Shown in pieces: positions 52,665 to 64,000 of a stretch of 64,000 nt of DNA; positions within the stretch are counted from its first letter, which is position 1; every line of letters begins with the position of its first letter. The DNA comes from Lama guanicoe (lineage: Eukaryota), in contig MU053994.1 of assembly GCA_013239625.1 (NCBI GenBank), positions 3,949,434 to 4,013,433 on the forward strand, written 5' to 3'. The translations under genes and the position numbers were made by a program. The notes below the pieces were generated by a model. The model saw only the letters and a list, made by a program, of their open reading frames with translations, did not search any database and was not told where the DNA came from.

Positions 52665-53170
52665 TAGTCGTTACCCGTGGCTGCCAACTTGTTGTTACTC
52701 CTCACTTGAAGGGGTGGAATCTAAATTCCCCTCCCCTTGAACACGGGCTGGCCACAGTGATTTGTTTCTAACAAATAAAATGTGGCAGAGCCATTCTCCA
52801 TGACTACCAATGCTGTATCATAAAGAGAGAGACAGCTTTGGTCTGGCTTTCTGTATCTCTTGGGAGCCTCACTCTTAGAACCCAACCTAGGCCACAGGGA
52901 CAGGCCACATGTGAGTGTTCTGGCTGACAGCCCCAGCTGGGGCCCTAGCTGACAATCAACATCGCTCTCCAGACACGTGAGAAAGGAAGCCTTCATGACG
53001 ACTTCAGCCCCGGTCACTGTCTGCAACCACAGTGGAGAACCTCAAGGGAAAACCAAGCTAGCTGAGCCCTGTCAGCTACCCAGACTTATGAGAAATATTG
53101 GTAAATAATTGTTGCTGTTTTAATGCCATTATGTTTTGGTAGTTTGTTAGGCAGCTACAGAGAACCATAA
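52665..53170 (+). mobile_element. MaLR solo LTR (MLT1F-like)
   Basis: tccctccccttgaacacgggctggcc..ttgttgctgttttaatgccattatgttttggtagtttgttaggcagc. Confidence 0.8.
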
Positions 53171-53174
53171 TGAG

Positions 53175-53455
53175 AGGCAAGAAGAATTTGGAGAAAGTTC
53201 ACAGACAGCCAGAGGGTGATTTAAAGGTTATCTATAAAACACCATAACGTGGTGGGGAGTCTGAACTTTTTAGTCAACCAAAGGAAAGATCAAGGGGAAA
53301 TTTAAAATGTCTTTAAAAAACATAGCAAAGGAGATGAAACCTTCTTGACTTCCAGTGAGGACAGCATAAGAGAAAATCAGCTTAAAATTGCAACATGATG
53401 AATTTGGGATTGAGGTAAGCGGTGATTTTTGAGTGAGGGGTGAAAAGCCATGGGT
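53175..53455 (+). mobile_element. CR1/L3 LINE 3' fragment
   Basis: ttggagaaagttcacaga..ctttttagtc..aaggggaaatttaaaatgtctttaaa..gcttaaaattgcaacatg..atttgggattga, colinear with the CR1 ORF2 end. Confidence 0.7.
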
Positions 53456-55009
53456 GCTTGTATTTTAATGACTCATATATTGTCTTTATTGCCCTCCTAT
53501 CCAGTTAGGTGCCTGCCCTCCCTTCAAGTTCACTGTAGTCTCTAAAAAACTATTAGTACAAAATGTAATAAATATATATTGAAGGTAAAATGTGTTAGTA
53601 TCTCCAGATACACATTATTTTGAGTTTTAAGTAATTATAAAAGAAAGTGTACCCAAACCAAATTTCCTTAGAATGGTATCATCTCCTTAAATACTATGAT
53701 TTAAAAAAAAGAAGAGCATCTGGGCTAATGGTGTGTAAGTATAATTTGCCAAAAGACTCACATGAACCAGAGGGATATCACTGCTCAGCATTCTCATTAG
53801 ACAGAAGGCTATTTTGCAATTCCATAGCTTTCAACTCTTCTCAACCTGGAAGGTCGCCCCAGTTCCCCATCTCCCCTCATCTGCCTGTCAGTTCCTCTTG
53901 CTAAGTAACAGCCACACCCTACCAAAAATAAAATATTATATAGCTTAACAACCATTTATATAATTCACAATTTTGTGGGTTGGCTGGATCAGATCACCTC
54001 TTACGGTGTCTATGAAACTCTGGTCTGAGACTTTGGTGTAGACAGTTCTGAGATGTGTTGAGCCTTGCAGAATGTGAGGTGCTCTGTATCTACCAGGAAT
54101 ACGGCAGCTCGTGAACAGAGACTCAGGAACCCTTGACTAGACCCCCAACCCCCAGCCCAGTCTTGGAATACACTTCTGTGCCTTTCTTCCTCCCTTTCCA
54201 CATTTATCCACCCACTGCCACTCTCTGGGCAGGGCAGAGAGCTAGATTTACAAAAAGCATCCAGAAGCCTCTTGGAGGAACAAGAACAGCCCTCCTTCCG
54301 TGACTTGAACGTAATCACAATAGCTGAACTCAGAGAATTTTTTTCCTACTGCTTCTGCTGCAATTTTTTTGAGGCTGGAGGGCATTTATTCCGCTTTTAT
54401 TATTTTCTTGTTAAAGAATATTTGATCTTACTGGTGGGTGGGTGTGGGTGGCGATCACATCAGAGAGAAGAGAAAGAAATCCAAGCATGCTTCTGAGGGG
54501 AAAAAAAAGGTATTAAACATTATATGGTGGTACATTCTTTATAGTTAATATGCAGCTGAGGAAAGAACATAATAGAATAGCTCCAAATTATGCAAAAAGC
54601 AAAATCAATTCTGCATAGACCATACCCTGTGTTAACAAACTCAGAGCTGTATTTTCTAGGAAACCAGATTCATTTACTGGGAAAGTGTTTTTCAGAATTA
54701 ACCTATTGTTTATGAAGTGTCCTGGGGCTAGAAAGTAACATTGGCGAAACAGTGAGTCAGAGGTTCTCTTGACCTACAATGTTGAAAGCTCTACATAGAA
54801 GGCCCAAGAGAGCTAAGAGAAGGTGTTGGAATGCTTAGAATATAAGTAACAAAGCTTGAATCTGGGAGAAAACATCTAAATGATATTACCATTAGCAAAA
54901 TCACAGTTCAGTAAAACCTTATCAATTTGCATTTATCGTGTCATTTGTTAAAATGGAACAAGCCTTTCAGTTTGTGCTAGGAAACAATACTCAGTGATAT
55001 TTATTTATT

Positions 55010-55160
55010 AAGCTTCAGTTTCCTAACCTGTAAAATGGGAAATAATAATAATATCTACTTGGTGAGGCTCTTCTGAGAATTGCACGAGGTAATGCTTGTA
55101 AAATTCTTAGCCTAGTGCCTGGTACCTAATACAAAGCTAACATTTAATTATTATTATTAC
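55010..55160 (+). mobile_element. MIR (a second MIR follows at ~55170-55400)
   Basis: cttcagtttcctaacctgtaaaatgggaaataataata..cttagcctagtgcctggtac. Confidence 0.88.
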
Positions 55161-55432
55161 TGCTGGAAGGCAGTATAGTATAGAGAAGAACATGTGTTTT
55201 GAAATATGATAGAATTGGATTTAAATCCTGGGTTTTTTTTTTAAACATAAGTAGTGAGGTGTCCTTGGGCATATCACTATAAAACTGTGATAATACTGTA
55301 TAATTGCTGTGAGGCTTAACTGAAATTAATTACAAAAAGAATTGAATGTAGTGTCTGGGATGTGGAAATTGATGAATGAATGATAGTTTTTATTACTCTG
55401 TGGACTTTGTATAGTATCTAGAGAGACATGTT

Positions 55433-55938
55433 TGTCCTCGGCTAAACCAGATACTATGCAAAAATCAACCACTGTACTTGACGATTTGCAGTGATTGTGC
55501 AAAATAGGATTAGATACAAAGGAGACATTGGGAGAAGTAGCTGTAAATGATAAAAGAGGAAGGAGCAGGAGTAAACAGGGAGAGCCTTCCGACTGTGATG
55601 CAGGTCCAACCCCTAAGAACGGAGAAGGAAGGAAAGAGGATGGGGTGGGAAGAGCCTCAGACACAGTGCAGCTCTAAGAAAGTCTCCGACAGGCAGATGG
55701 GGGAGACCCAGGGCAAAGACTGCACATCAGAGAAGTCCAGTGTCCAGAAGAATGGCCCAGCTCTAGTAGCCCTGCTATCCTGTCATTGGGTGGAACAGCC
55801 TGGGGAGGGCGTGGCCTCAACAGGAATGCTGCAGTGGGTTTTAAAGGTGCAGCAAGTAGAAGCTGTCAGTGAATGATGCTCCCGCAAGCAGGGTCTCTTA
55901 AAAGGAGCTCTAAATGGTGTACCTCTCTGGCCTCCACG
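55433..55938 (-). mobile_element. ERVL solo LTR (LTR33-like)
   Basis: gggtgggaagagcctcagacacagtgcagctctaagaaagtc..gatgggggagacccagggcaaag. Confidence 0.7.
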
Positions 55939-56494
55939 AGGGGCCAATATAAGCTCTATCGCAGTCTGAATTATCTTGTTCCTATTACGTACTTCCTGGT
56001 CTGGGTCAAGCCCTCATAATAGACCCTCTGTAATGTGGAATTGAATAGAATTTTCTAAGAAAAGACAGAGTATTTCTGGAGAATAATTGAGGCATTTAAT
56101 CGAACAAATATGATATTTGTTGAAAAATAAATGTATTGAAAAATCATTTAACAGTTTCCATCGGGAAAAGAGCAATGCAGGTGTCAGTTTGTCCTGTTTG
56201 ATTCCTTAAAAGAAGCTAGGATCACAAGTCTCCTTTACATGTGTAACTGAAAAAAATGTGTATTTTTGAGTGGCATCTTTTAGTTATGAAGCTTCGATAA
56301 TTCATTCTGGTTTCCCTTCCTGTCTAATTGCACTACTCAGATTTATTTAAATTTTCTGTTTTAGAGGGATGTCAGGAATATAGTAATAGAAGTAGATTGG
56401 GAGGGTGTAGCAAATCGACTTTTAGTTTTTATTTCCTCTCCTGTGAAACCATTGCTTTTTCCATGTTTCACCTTTATCTTTCCCTTCATTAGCA

Positions 56495-56968
56495 ATATCA
56501 GGGAGGAAAAACTTTTCCTCTACCCTCTATATTCAGTGTTTGAGAATTGCAAATTAAACTGACAGAAGACAGATCAGCAAAAGAAAAGGCAGATTTTAAT
56601 CATCATGTACATAGGGGAGTTCACCAAGAAATGTGACTCAAAGAATTTGGGGCTTATATACCATCTTGATAGTCAGAGAAGATGAAGAGCATTATGGGAA
56701 AACAAATGACTTTGTGGAAAGATAAATGGGCCCTTAGGAGAGGGAGACGCAATAGTTTTGTGACAATGTCTGTTTAGGTGTGATGTGTAAACTTCTTATC
56801 TCCAGTAATGAGTCAATCTTCCCTGGTTGCTTCTGGGGAGGAAATTTATGATGATTGAGTTCTTTTGGGGGACTCTGCTTTTAGGCAGAGAAGGAATTTC
56901 AGGAACTCAAATACCTTCTGCTTAAAATAATCTTTATGTCACAGTGCTGTATCCTGGATTCTTTTGGT
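56495..56968 (-). mobile_element. ERV1-type solo LTR
   Basis: gggaggaaaaacttttcctctaccctct..aattaaactgacagaagacagat..cttctgcttaaaataatctttatg. Confidence 0.7.
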
Positions 56969-57839
56969 GATGTGGATGCTGAGATATTGGTTTGTCATAC
57001 AATTTGAGGACCCAGGTCAAAGGTAGTGTGTAAGATCCAGTAGTATTACTGCTATTGTCTCAATAGTTCAGTGTTTATTCAATAGTAACGATTTAATGGT
57101 GGTGGAAAGCAGAAGCTAACTGTCATTCGCTAATGGCGAAGGTCATGGAATCCACAGTTTGGAAAGAAAAAAAAATTACAACCCTTCCAATCAGAACAAT
57201 GCCATAATAAGGAAGGGGCATTGAAGTTGAGGGAAGAAAAAGGGTGGAAAATACCAGACAAGGGATTCAAGGCCAAGCAATAACTAGTTTGTGGCTGAAT
57301 CCATGCACTGCTTAAGAAAAGACAACAGATGTTAGATACGTGAAACCAATGAAATCATCACATCCCCAGGATTATGACAATGCTAGTAAATCAGCAGCAG
57401 GCCTGGATAAATTAAACCTGGGCAGTGCAGGCAGAGGCCATGACCACAGTTGCTATGACCCCTTCTAAAATTTCTACCCTAGTTGAAAATGAGATAAGGG
57501 TGAAGACAAAGGTCGGTGTTTATGCTGCAGAATGCATCTTGTGGAATCACTGTAAAGTTTTTGATCAAAAATGATGTGGAATTTTGTTGTTGATGATGAT
57601 GTTGTTGCTTTAAAGTTGGACATCTCTGAGAGGCAAGGGGAACAGAGTTATTTGATGTGTGAGTTTGATGATGTGACTTTGCCTTTGACCAGAGCACTGC
57701 AGGACTAAATAATTTACTCAAGCTGGTATTAAGAGTGTGAAGTTCTACTAGAGGTGGGCAGCTACTAGATACCTTTGACTGAAGAACACTCATATGCTAT
57801 CTGGGAATTGATCCTCTTTAAACAAGTGGGCTGACATTT

Positions 57840-58298
57840 TATTTGTTTATTGAAGTATAGTTGATTTACAATGTTGTATTAGTTTCTGGTGTACAGCATA
57901 CTGATTCAGTTATACATATATATATTCTTTTTAATTATAGGTTCTTAGAAGTTATTGAATATAGTTTCTGGTGCTGTACAATAGGAGTTTGTTGTTTACC
58001 TATTTTATATATAGTAGTTTGTGTCTGCTAATCCCAAACTTCTAATTTATCCCTTCCTCCCTTTCCCTTTTGGTAACCATAAGTTTGTTTTCTATGTCTG
58101 CGAGTCTGTTTCTCTTTTGTAAATAAGTTCATTTGTATCATTTTTAGATTCCGCATGTAAGTGATATCATACATATTTGTCTTTCTCTGCTTGACTTACT
58201 TCACTTAGTATGGTAATCTCTAAATTCATCCATGTTGCTGCAAATGGCATTATTTCATTCTTTTATATGGCTGAGTAGTATTCCACTGTAGATATATA
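57840..58298 (-). mobile_element. 5'-truncated L1 3' end inserted in an older plus-strand L1 remnant
   Basis: 16-bp TSD aagtgggctKacattt at 57824-57839 and 58299-58314. Confidence 0.95.
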
Positions 58299-59369
58299 AA
58301 GTGGGCTTACATTTAGTAATATTTGTTACATCACTGTTTGCAGTGAACCTGTAAACAATCCAAATATACATCAATAGGAAAATTACTGAATAAATTGTAA
58401 TACATTCATACTATGCAGCTATTAAAAATGAATTGGATCAAAACATATTGACCTTAAGAGATATCCATGAAGAAAAAAATAACATGTTGTTAAAAATATT
58501 CAGAAATCATACTTGAGAGACTTTAACACTTTTGCTTATGATATGAACTATATATAAAACCTCCTTGATAATGAAGAGCAAATTTTTTCAATTATAGTTC
58601 TTTGAAATTAGCAGGTAGATAGATGAATTCCTTACCTGGAGCTCGGTCCACTTTTCTATGCTTAAACATAGCCGAAATAATTCTGAGAAGATGATGAGTA
58701 CAATATTAGAAGTACCACTTTTTAAAAGTAAAGAAGTAAGATGATTTAGGGAGGTAAAAGGTGGAGGAACAAATGTGTTAACTTATTTGGTTAGGGTAAG
58801 GTACTTTAAAAAAGTTTCTACTGAGAGAAAGAAAGATTGGAGGCTACATACTACTGTTCGAGTAGAGAGAGAGAAGGGAACAAAAGTTGTCAATGTAAAA
58901 GGCCTAGAATTGCATATGCAATCTCATTTCTGTATAGAGCATTGCAGTTTTAAAGACGTTTTTACATCCAGTTCCTCACTTGTCAGAGAGCTGGATATAT
59001 GCCTGCCATTTCGCAGAAAAAATAAAAATAGAACTAGATTAGTTCTGCCTAAGTTCTGTCTCTGCATGCTAGCGAAATTGGCTAATTGATAAAATCTGGA
59101 TGTAGAGTCAGTAAAGAGAAAATTAAGGTTTTCTTCATTGGAATTTGGAGTTGAGATCGTCTTCAGTGTAAATAAATGCATGAACTGCACTGTGGATGAT
59201 ACTCTCAGCACCCCTGTGTCTTACACAGGCTCTGGCACATTGGAAGCAGGATGAGAACAGAGTGGAAGGCACACCATCAGAGGAGTGATGCATGTTACAT
59301 GGGAGCAGCAGGGAACCTGGTGTAAGGAGGTCACAGATGAATTGAGGTGATGATTATGATGATCCTGGG

Positions 59370-60900
59370 TACAGAACTTCCTTTTCTGGTAAGGGTGGAC
59401 CAGTTAATTAAAACCAACCCTCCTGCTGAAGACAAATAAAAAGGAAACTGGGAGATACAGATACATAATACATAATAACCAATATATCATTATATAAATA
59501 CAATTATTGTATTATATTAATATATTGTATTATATAATAAATTATTCTGCGAAGTGCCAGTTCAGATAGCTAAAAATAAAGTGAAGAATTACTGGGCCAA
59601 GGACAATAGGAAAGAAGACAGATACCCAGGGAGCAAACCAGAGTTTGGGGCCACTTTTCCCCTGGGGCATTTGCCAATTCCTTACCAGGTGACTGACAGC
59701 CTAAAATGCTTGCATTTAAGTGGCCTTGAATGCTACTTTTGATAGTTTTATAAGTATAGCAATACAGGGTATGGCATTCAAGATTATGGCCTTGGGACCA
59801 TGGAAGGGCTGTATCTTAGGAGTCAGAGTACCCCCTCACAGATACAATAACTCAACCTGTTTCAATCCCTGAATAGATTGATGTGATCTTGGACTACCTA
59901 ATTTCCCAGATCATGGCAGAAGCAAATGAAAACCCACTCTGGAGTAGGCTAACATTATTCTATGCCTCATATTATTTCCAGAAATATTTTATAAATATAA
60001 TATCTGGCAAACAAAAATTAGAATCAGCAAGGATAAAAGTTGGTACTTTGATTCAAATAAAATAGATAAAAAATCACAGAACATCACTACCTATCCTACA
60101 GATATAAAAAATATATTAAGAAGCCATTATAAACAACTTTTTGTCAATACAAAAATTTAGATTAGCTAGATAAATTCATAGAAAGATACAACTTTATAAG
60201 CCTGACACAAGAATAGGCAACCTGAATAATACAACAACATTTTAAACAATGGAATTTACAAGATTTTCTACAAAGAAAATTCCTAATGATTTCACTATAA
60301 ATTCTACAAACATTTAAGGAAAATAGAATGCCAATCTGTCAAAAACTCATCTAAAATATAGAAAAAAAAAAGAAACATGTTCCAACTCATTTTGTGAGAC
60401 CAGCATAAATAGATGCTAAAAATCTAACTAGAGTATTACAAGAAATAATACTTCAGATCAATATTACTCAAGAACATGTATGCAATATCCAAAGAATCTA
60501 ATAGTCATTCAAATTTAGCAATATATAAAAGATATAATACATCTGAATCAAGTTGGGTTTATTCCAGAAAGGCAAGGTTGGCTTAATAATAGAAAATGAA
60601 TCAGTGTCATTCACTACAATAACAGGATTAAGGACAAGTCATATAATCATTTCCATAGATCCTGAAAAAAATTGATAACACTCTATATCCATCTATGGAG
60701 GTAAAAGCTCCAATAAGCAGTCTAGCAATAAACCGATAAAGTTATCTACAGAAAAAACCTACCACGAGTACTGTTCCTAATCCTGAAATGCTGAAAGCTT
60801 TTACTTTGTGACTGAGAACAAGACACGGTTGCCTGCCATCACGCCTTTTATTTGCCATTTTACTGGAGGTCTTTGACGGTGCAATAAGGTGAGAAAGAAA
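59370..60900 (+). mobile_element. Old L1 (L1ME/MC-like): 5' region joined to decayed ORF2 (RT region)
   Basis: caagttgggtttattccagaaaggcaaggttggcttaat (QVGFIPERQGWLN, cf. L1 RT QVGFIPGMQGWFN). Confidence 0.8.
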
Positions 60901-61589
60901 CTCGGGACTAACATAGAGGAAAATAAAAGTAACTGAACTCTACAAGTTTGCTTGGCTCTGCTCTATTTTGAAAAGGGAGTGGCTAAGACTCTTTTGTTCT
61001 CATTTTGGTATATGGTTCTGTTACCTTTTATGTTTCCTAAGTGAGCTTTATGCAAGTGAAATAGATCATCTGGGGAAACTATACAGATTTGGTTAATAGC
61101 AATTTGAATTGACTTCTGAGGGGAGGAGACATTTTGGATCTGCCTCTAGTCAGATGGGGCTTTCTGCGACCTAGTGAAAACCCATAATTGTGCCCTATCC
61201 AGGCCCATATTGCCAGAATATCTTATTTTGATTTCACTTTGGTTGAGAAGAAGGTGGAGTACTGAAAGAATACTATTTTGGAAGACATGTTCTCTGGGGA
61301 ATTTTTTTTTAGTTAGAATGAAATCACCAGGGTACCAACATATGTTTGGTACCTCAAGACTGACTGATCAGTTCTGTGACTCACCCACTCTTAAAGAAAA
61401 CGATATGCATCTGGCTAGTGCACACTCAGAAGAAAGTGCCTGATGATAATGGATTAGTAAGCTTAGCTTCAACAATTGAGATGATAATAAGACAATTTAT
61501 TTTGAGTGTGCAATTATTAGACAAGTTCAAGCAGCAGGGACAATCACGCTAGAATAAGTGAAGGTCTTTGTTGGATACACTGAAAGACC

Positions 61590-61720
61590 ATGAAGGTATA
61601 AAGGAAGCAATAGATGTAATCTACACAGATGTCAATGCAGCCTTGATTATGTTAAAATGATATTCTCCTCCAAAAGACAAGAAGATTTAGCTACTGTTCT
61701 TAGATACATACTGGAAGGTT
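61590..61720 (+). mobile_element. Possible CR1/L3 reverse-transcriptase remnant
   Basis: gcaatagatgtaatctacacagatgtcaatgcagcc reads AIDVIYTDVNAA, resembling CR1 AVDVIYLDFSKAFD. Confidence 0.45.
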
Positions 61721-63026
61721 AATAGAAAGTAAAGGGTCATCAAGGTAGTCAGTGTGTATGTGAAAAGCATTAAACAAATTATGACTTGTCCCAGTCAGCA
61801 TGACTGTACTTGGGAATGGATTTCTAGGCCCATAAGTGAATTTAGGATATTTCCATAGATGGCATTAGTGTTGTCTTCTTTTTAGTCGGACTTAAGTGGT
61901 CACAACTAACCATGACAAGCTCTTTCCACTGATTTGGCTGTTATTGAGCTATACATATGCAATGTCAAAACCATAGAGCACTTTTTAAGCTTAGCCCAAG
62001 TGGGTGATGGACTCACATTACCAGTTAGATACAGAGATCTAAGGGTCTTCCATACACTGAAGTGCTGATACTCGAACCCTTCTTATGTCTCACAAAGACA
62101 TAAAGTGTGATGAAGCTCACTGCTCCTCAGTAGGCAATGAGGGATCAGCAACACACCATTGAAAAGATGTGAGCACAGCCATATGCCACACATTACTAGT
62201 GATTACAGAATGCTTTGAAATAGGAGAGGTATTCATATACCAAAATTATTTTTAGATGTTTCTCTCCTTTAAGGCCACCAATTGAACCATATCTTGTTGA
62301 GACTTGGTTTTGCAATGATTTCAGGATTCTAGCATGAGCACTGCTCCTCTTTACACCTTCCTGCCTCCAGTCTCTGTGTAGAGTCATTCAGATTATGTAT
62401 TATTGCCCCATATCTAGGGGGGCACCATTCACATTGTGGACATATATAGAATTAACTTGTATGAGACCACTGAAGGGGAGGGTAGACATGTCAGGACTCT
62501 TGGCTGAGTCCTGGAGCAGCCACACAGAGCCCTCTACTCCATCAACCTTCACTCACCCACCTGGCCTCAGCAGAGCAGGCAGTCCCATATTTACTTGGAC
62601 ACTTACATGTGCACACGGTGATGCCTCCCCTTGACCATAATTTGAGTGTCTGTATTCCCTCAGTCCCCCTTACTCTGAACTGGTCACAGTCACCTCATCT
62701 TGGGATGGAGTGTGTGTGCTCCTTTTGGCTTACGTACTGGGCAGGGTGTAAGTGTACAGTGATGTAGGGTGGGGGTGTGTCTGGGCACAAGCAGCTGCTG
62801 CTTTCAGGCTCTGGAAGGATCTTTGGACTCACATGGGGTGTGCTTGAACAGGCTTTGTCCAGTTCTTAGTGAGACACATGTGTTCTAGCCAACAACTTAC
62901 AAAGCAGTTCAACTTACAAAACCACTGGATGTTACTATGTTAGCCCTGAAAATAGTGCTCATTGCTTTCTTATCTTCCTCTCCTGTCCCTCCCTGTGCTT
63001 TACACATAGGCCACTTCTAGGGTCAT

Positions 63027-63222
63027 TGTGGTAGCCTGAAAAAGTGAACCCCCCAAGGTATATGTACTTCCTAATCCCAATAACCTGTGAGTATTATTTT
63101 ATAAGGCAAAAGATGTGATTGAGGATTTTGAGATGTGGACTGTGTCTTGGATGATCCTGGTGGGCCTATATGCAATCACATGTATTCTCAGAAGAGAGAG
63201 GCAGAGGGAGTTTTGAGACAGA
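63027..63222 (+). mobile_element. MaLR LTR 5' part (MLT1B/D-like)
   Basis: cctaatcccaataacctgtgag..ggtgggcctatatgcaatcacatgtattctc..gagaggcagagggag. Confidence 0.8.
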
Positions 63223-63322
63223 TCCGGTCACCTAATGTGGCTGGAGGGGTCCACAACTGGTTACTGTGTGTCACTGCTGAGACTGTGTATTACTATACAT
63301 ACTAGTTTTCTTTTTCTTTTTT

Positions 63323-63908
63323 TGTATTAGTTTTCTATTGCTGCTTAACAAATTATCACAAACTGAGTGACTTACAACACACATTTGTTTTCTCAGTTTC
63401 TCTGGGTCGAGAATGAGTCTGGGCGTGGTTTGCCCTCTGCCAGGCTGAAATTCAGGTGTTGGCCAAACTGGGCTCTCATCTGGAGGCTCTCCTGGCAGTG
63501 CATCTGCCACCAGACTTTTGTGGTCATTGGCAGGGTTTGTCTTCTTGTGGCCGTAAGACCGAGGGCTCCAGCTTTGTGCTGGCTATTGCTGGCGGATGCT
63601 CTCAGCTTCTAGAAGCTTCCCATAGTTCCTTATTATGTGGCCCTCCCCAAAGGTCCTCTCACCGCCTGGCAGCTTGCTTCTCCAAAGCCAACAGGGGATA
63701 AAGAGAGCAAGTTTGCTAGCAAAATGGAATCATATCATGTAATGTAATAATTACATTATTACAGGAGTGACATCCCATTACCTTTGCCATATTCTGTTGG
63801 TTAGAAGTAGGTCACAGGCCCCTCCCACATGAAAGCGGAAGGAACCATACAAAGGTGTGAACTCCAGGAGGTGGGTATTTAGTGGCCATTTAGTGTCTGC
63901 CTGCTATA
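63323..63908 (-). mobile_element. MaLR solo LTR (MLT1E-like)
   Basis: tgtattagttttctattgctgcttaacaaattatcacaaact..ctgttggttagaagtaggtcacagg..ctgcctgctata. Confidence 0.88.
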
Positions 63909-64000
63909 ATAGTCATTTATTAAGAAATTACCGAGGAAGGAGAACCTTGTTCTAATTCACACAAAGGTCTCGCACAGGTTAGTAGCAGCTCTTTTTCCAT

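Noticed and set aside
255..58298. L1 strand bias indicating a host-gene orientation
   Set aside because: Young L1 pieces are split roughly evenly between strands.
59470..59548. AT-rich palindromic stretch
   Set aside because: Low-complexity TA expansion inside an old L1. Symmetry is expected by chance.
16700..61390. Scattered AP-1 (TGASTCA) motifs
   Set aside because: The number seen is close to chance expectation for a 7-mer in 64 kb, with no clustering.
1..64000. ORF-track entries as cellular genes
   Set aside because: All are 150 aa or shorter. The recognisable ones are L1 or Tigger1 remnants, and the rest show no domain or exon pattern I can support.

Overview
Mammalian, repeat-rich, non-coding DNA (intergenic or a large intron), most likely from a camelid: it carries a tRNA-derived Vic-1-type SINE, cetartiodactyl-style L1 3' ends, and no Bov-A/PRE1/Alu elements that I could see. 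I cannot support any cellular protein-coding exon. The ORF track is explained by L1 ORF1/ORF2, Tigger1 transposase remnants, LTR sequence or chance. The window holds many L1 fragments (several with readable target-site duplications, TSDs), L2, MIR, CR1/L3, MaLR/ERV solo LTRs, MER58/MER94 and one disrupted Tigger1. The most unusual structures are: (i) a TSD-flanked L1 3' end fused to nt 1-41 of 5S rRNA in the opposite orientation, with geometry fitting twin priming in trans on 5S rRNA; (ii) a Tigger1 whose middle is replaced by a tail-less L1, a nested younger L1, and a ~117-bp fold-back inverted repeat whose spacer is copied from downstream Tigger1; (iii) further tail-less or internally primed L1 insertions. 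I found no convincing new functional system. Repeat family names come from my recollection of consensus sequences, and most boundaries of old repeats are approximate.
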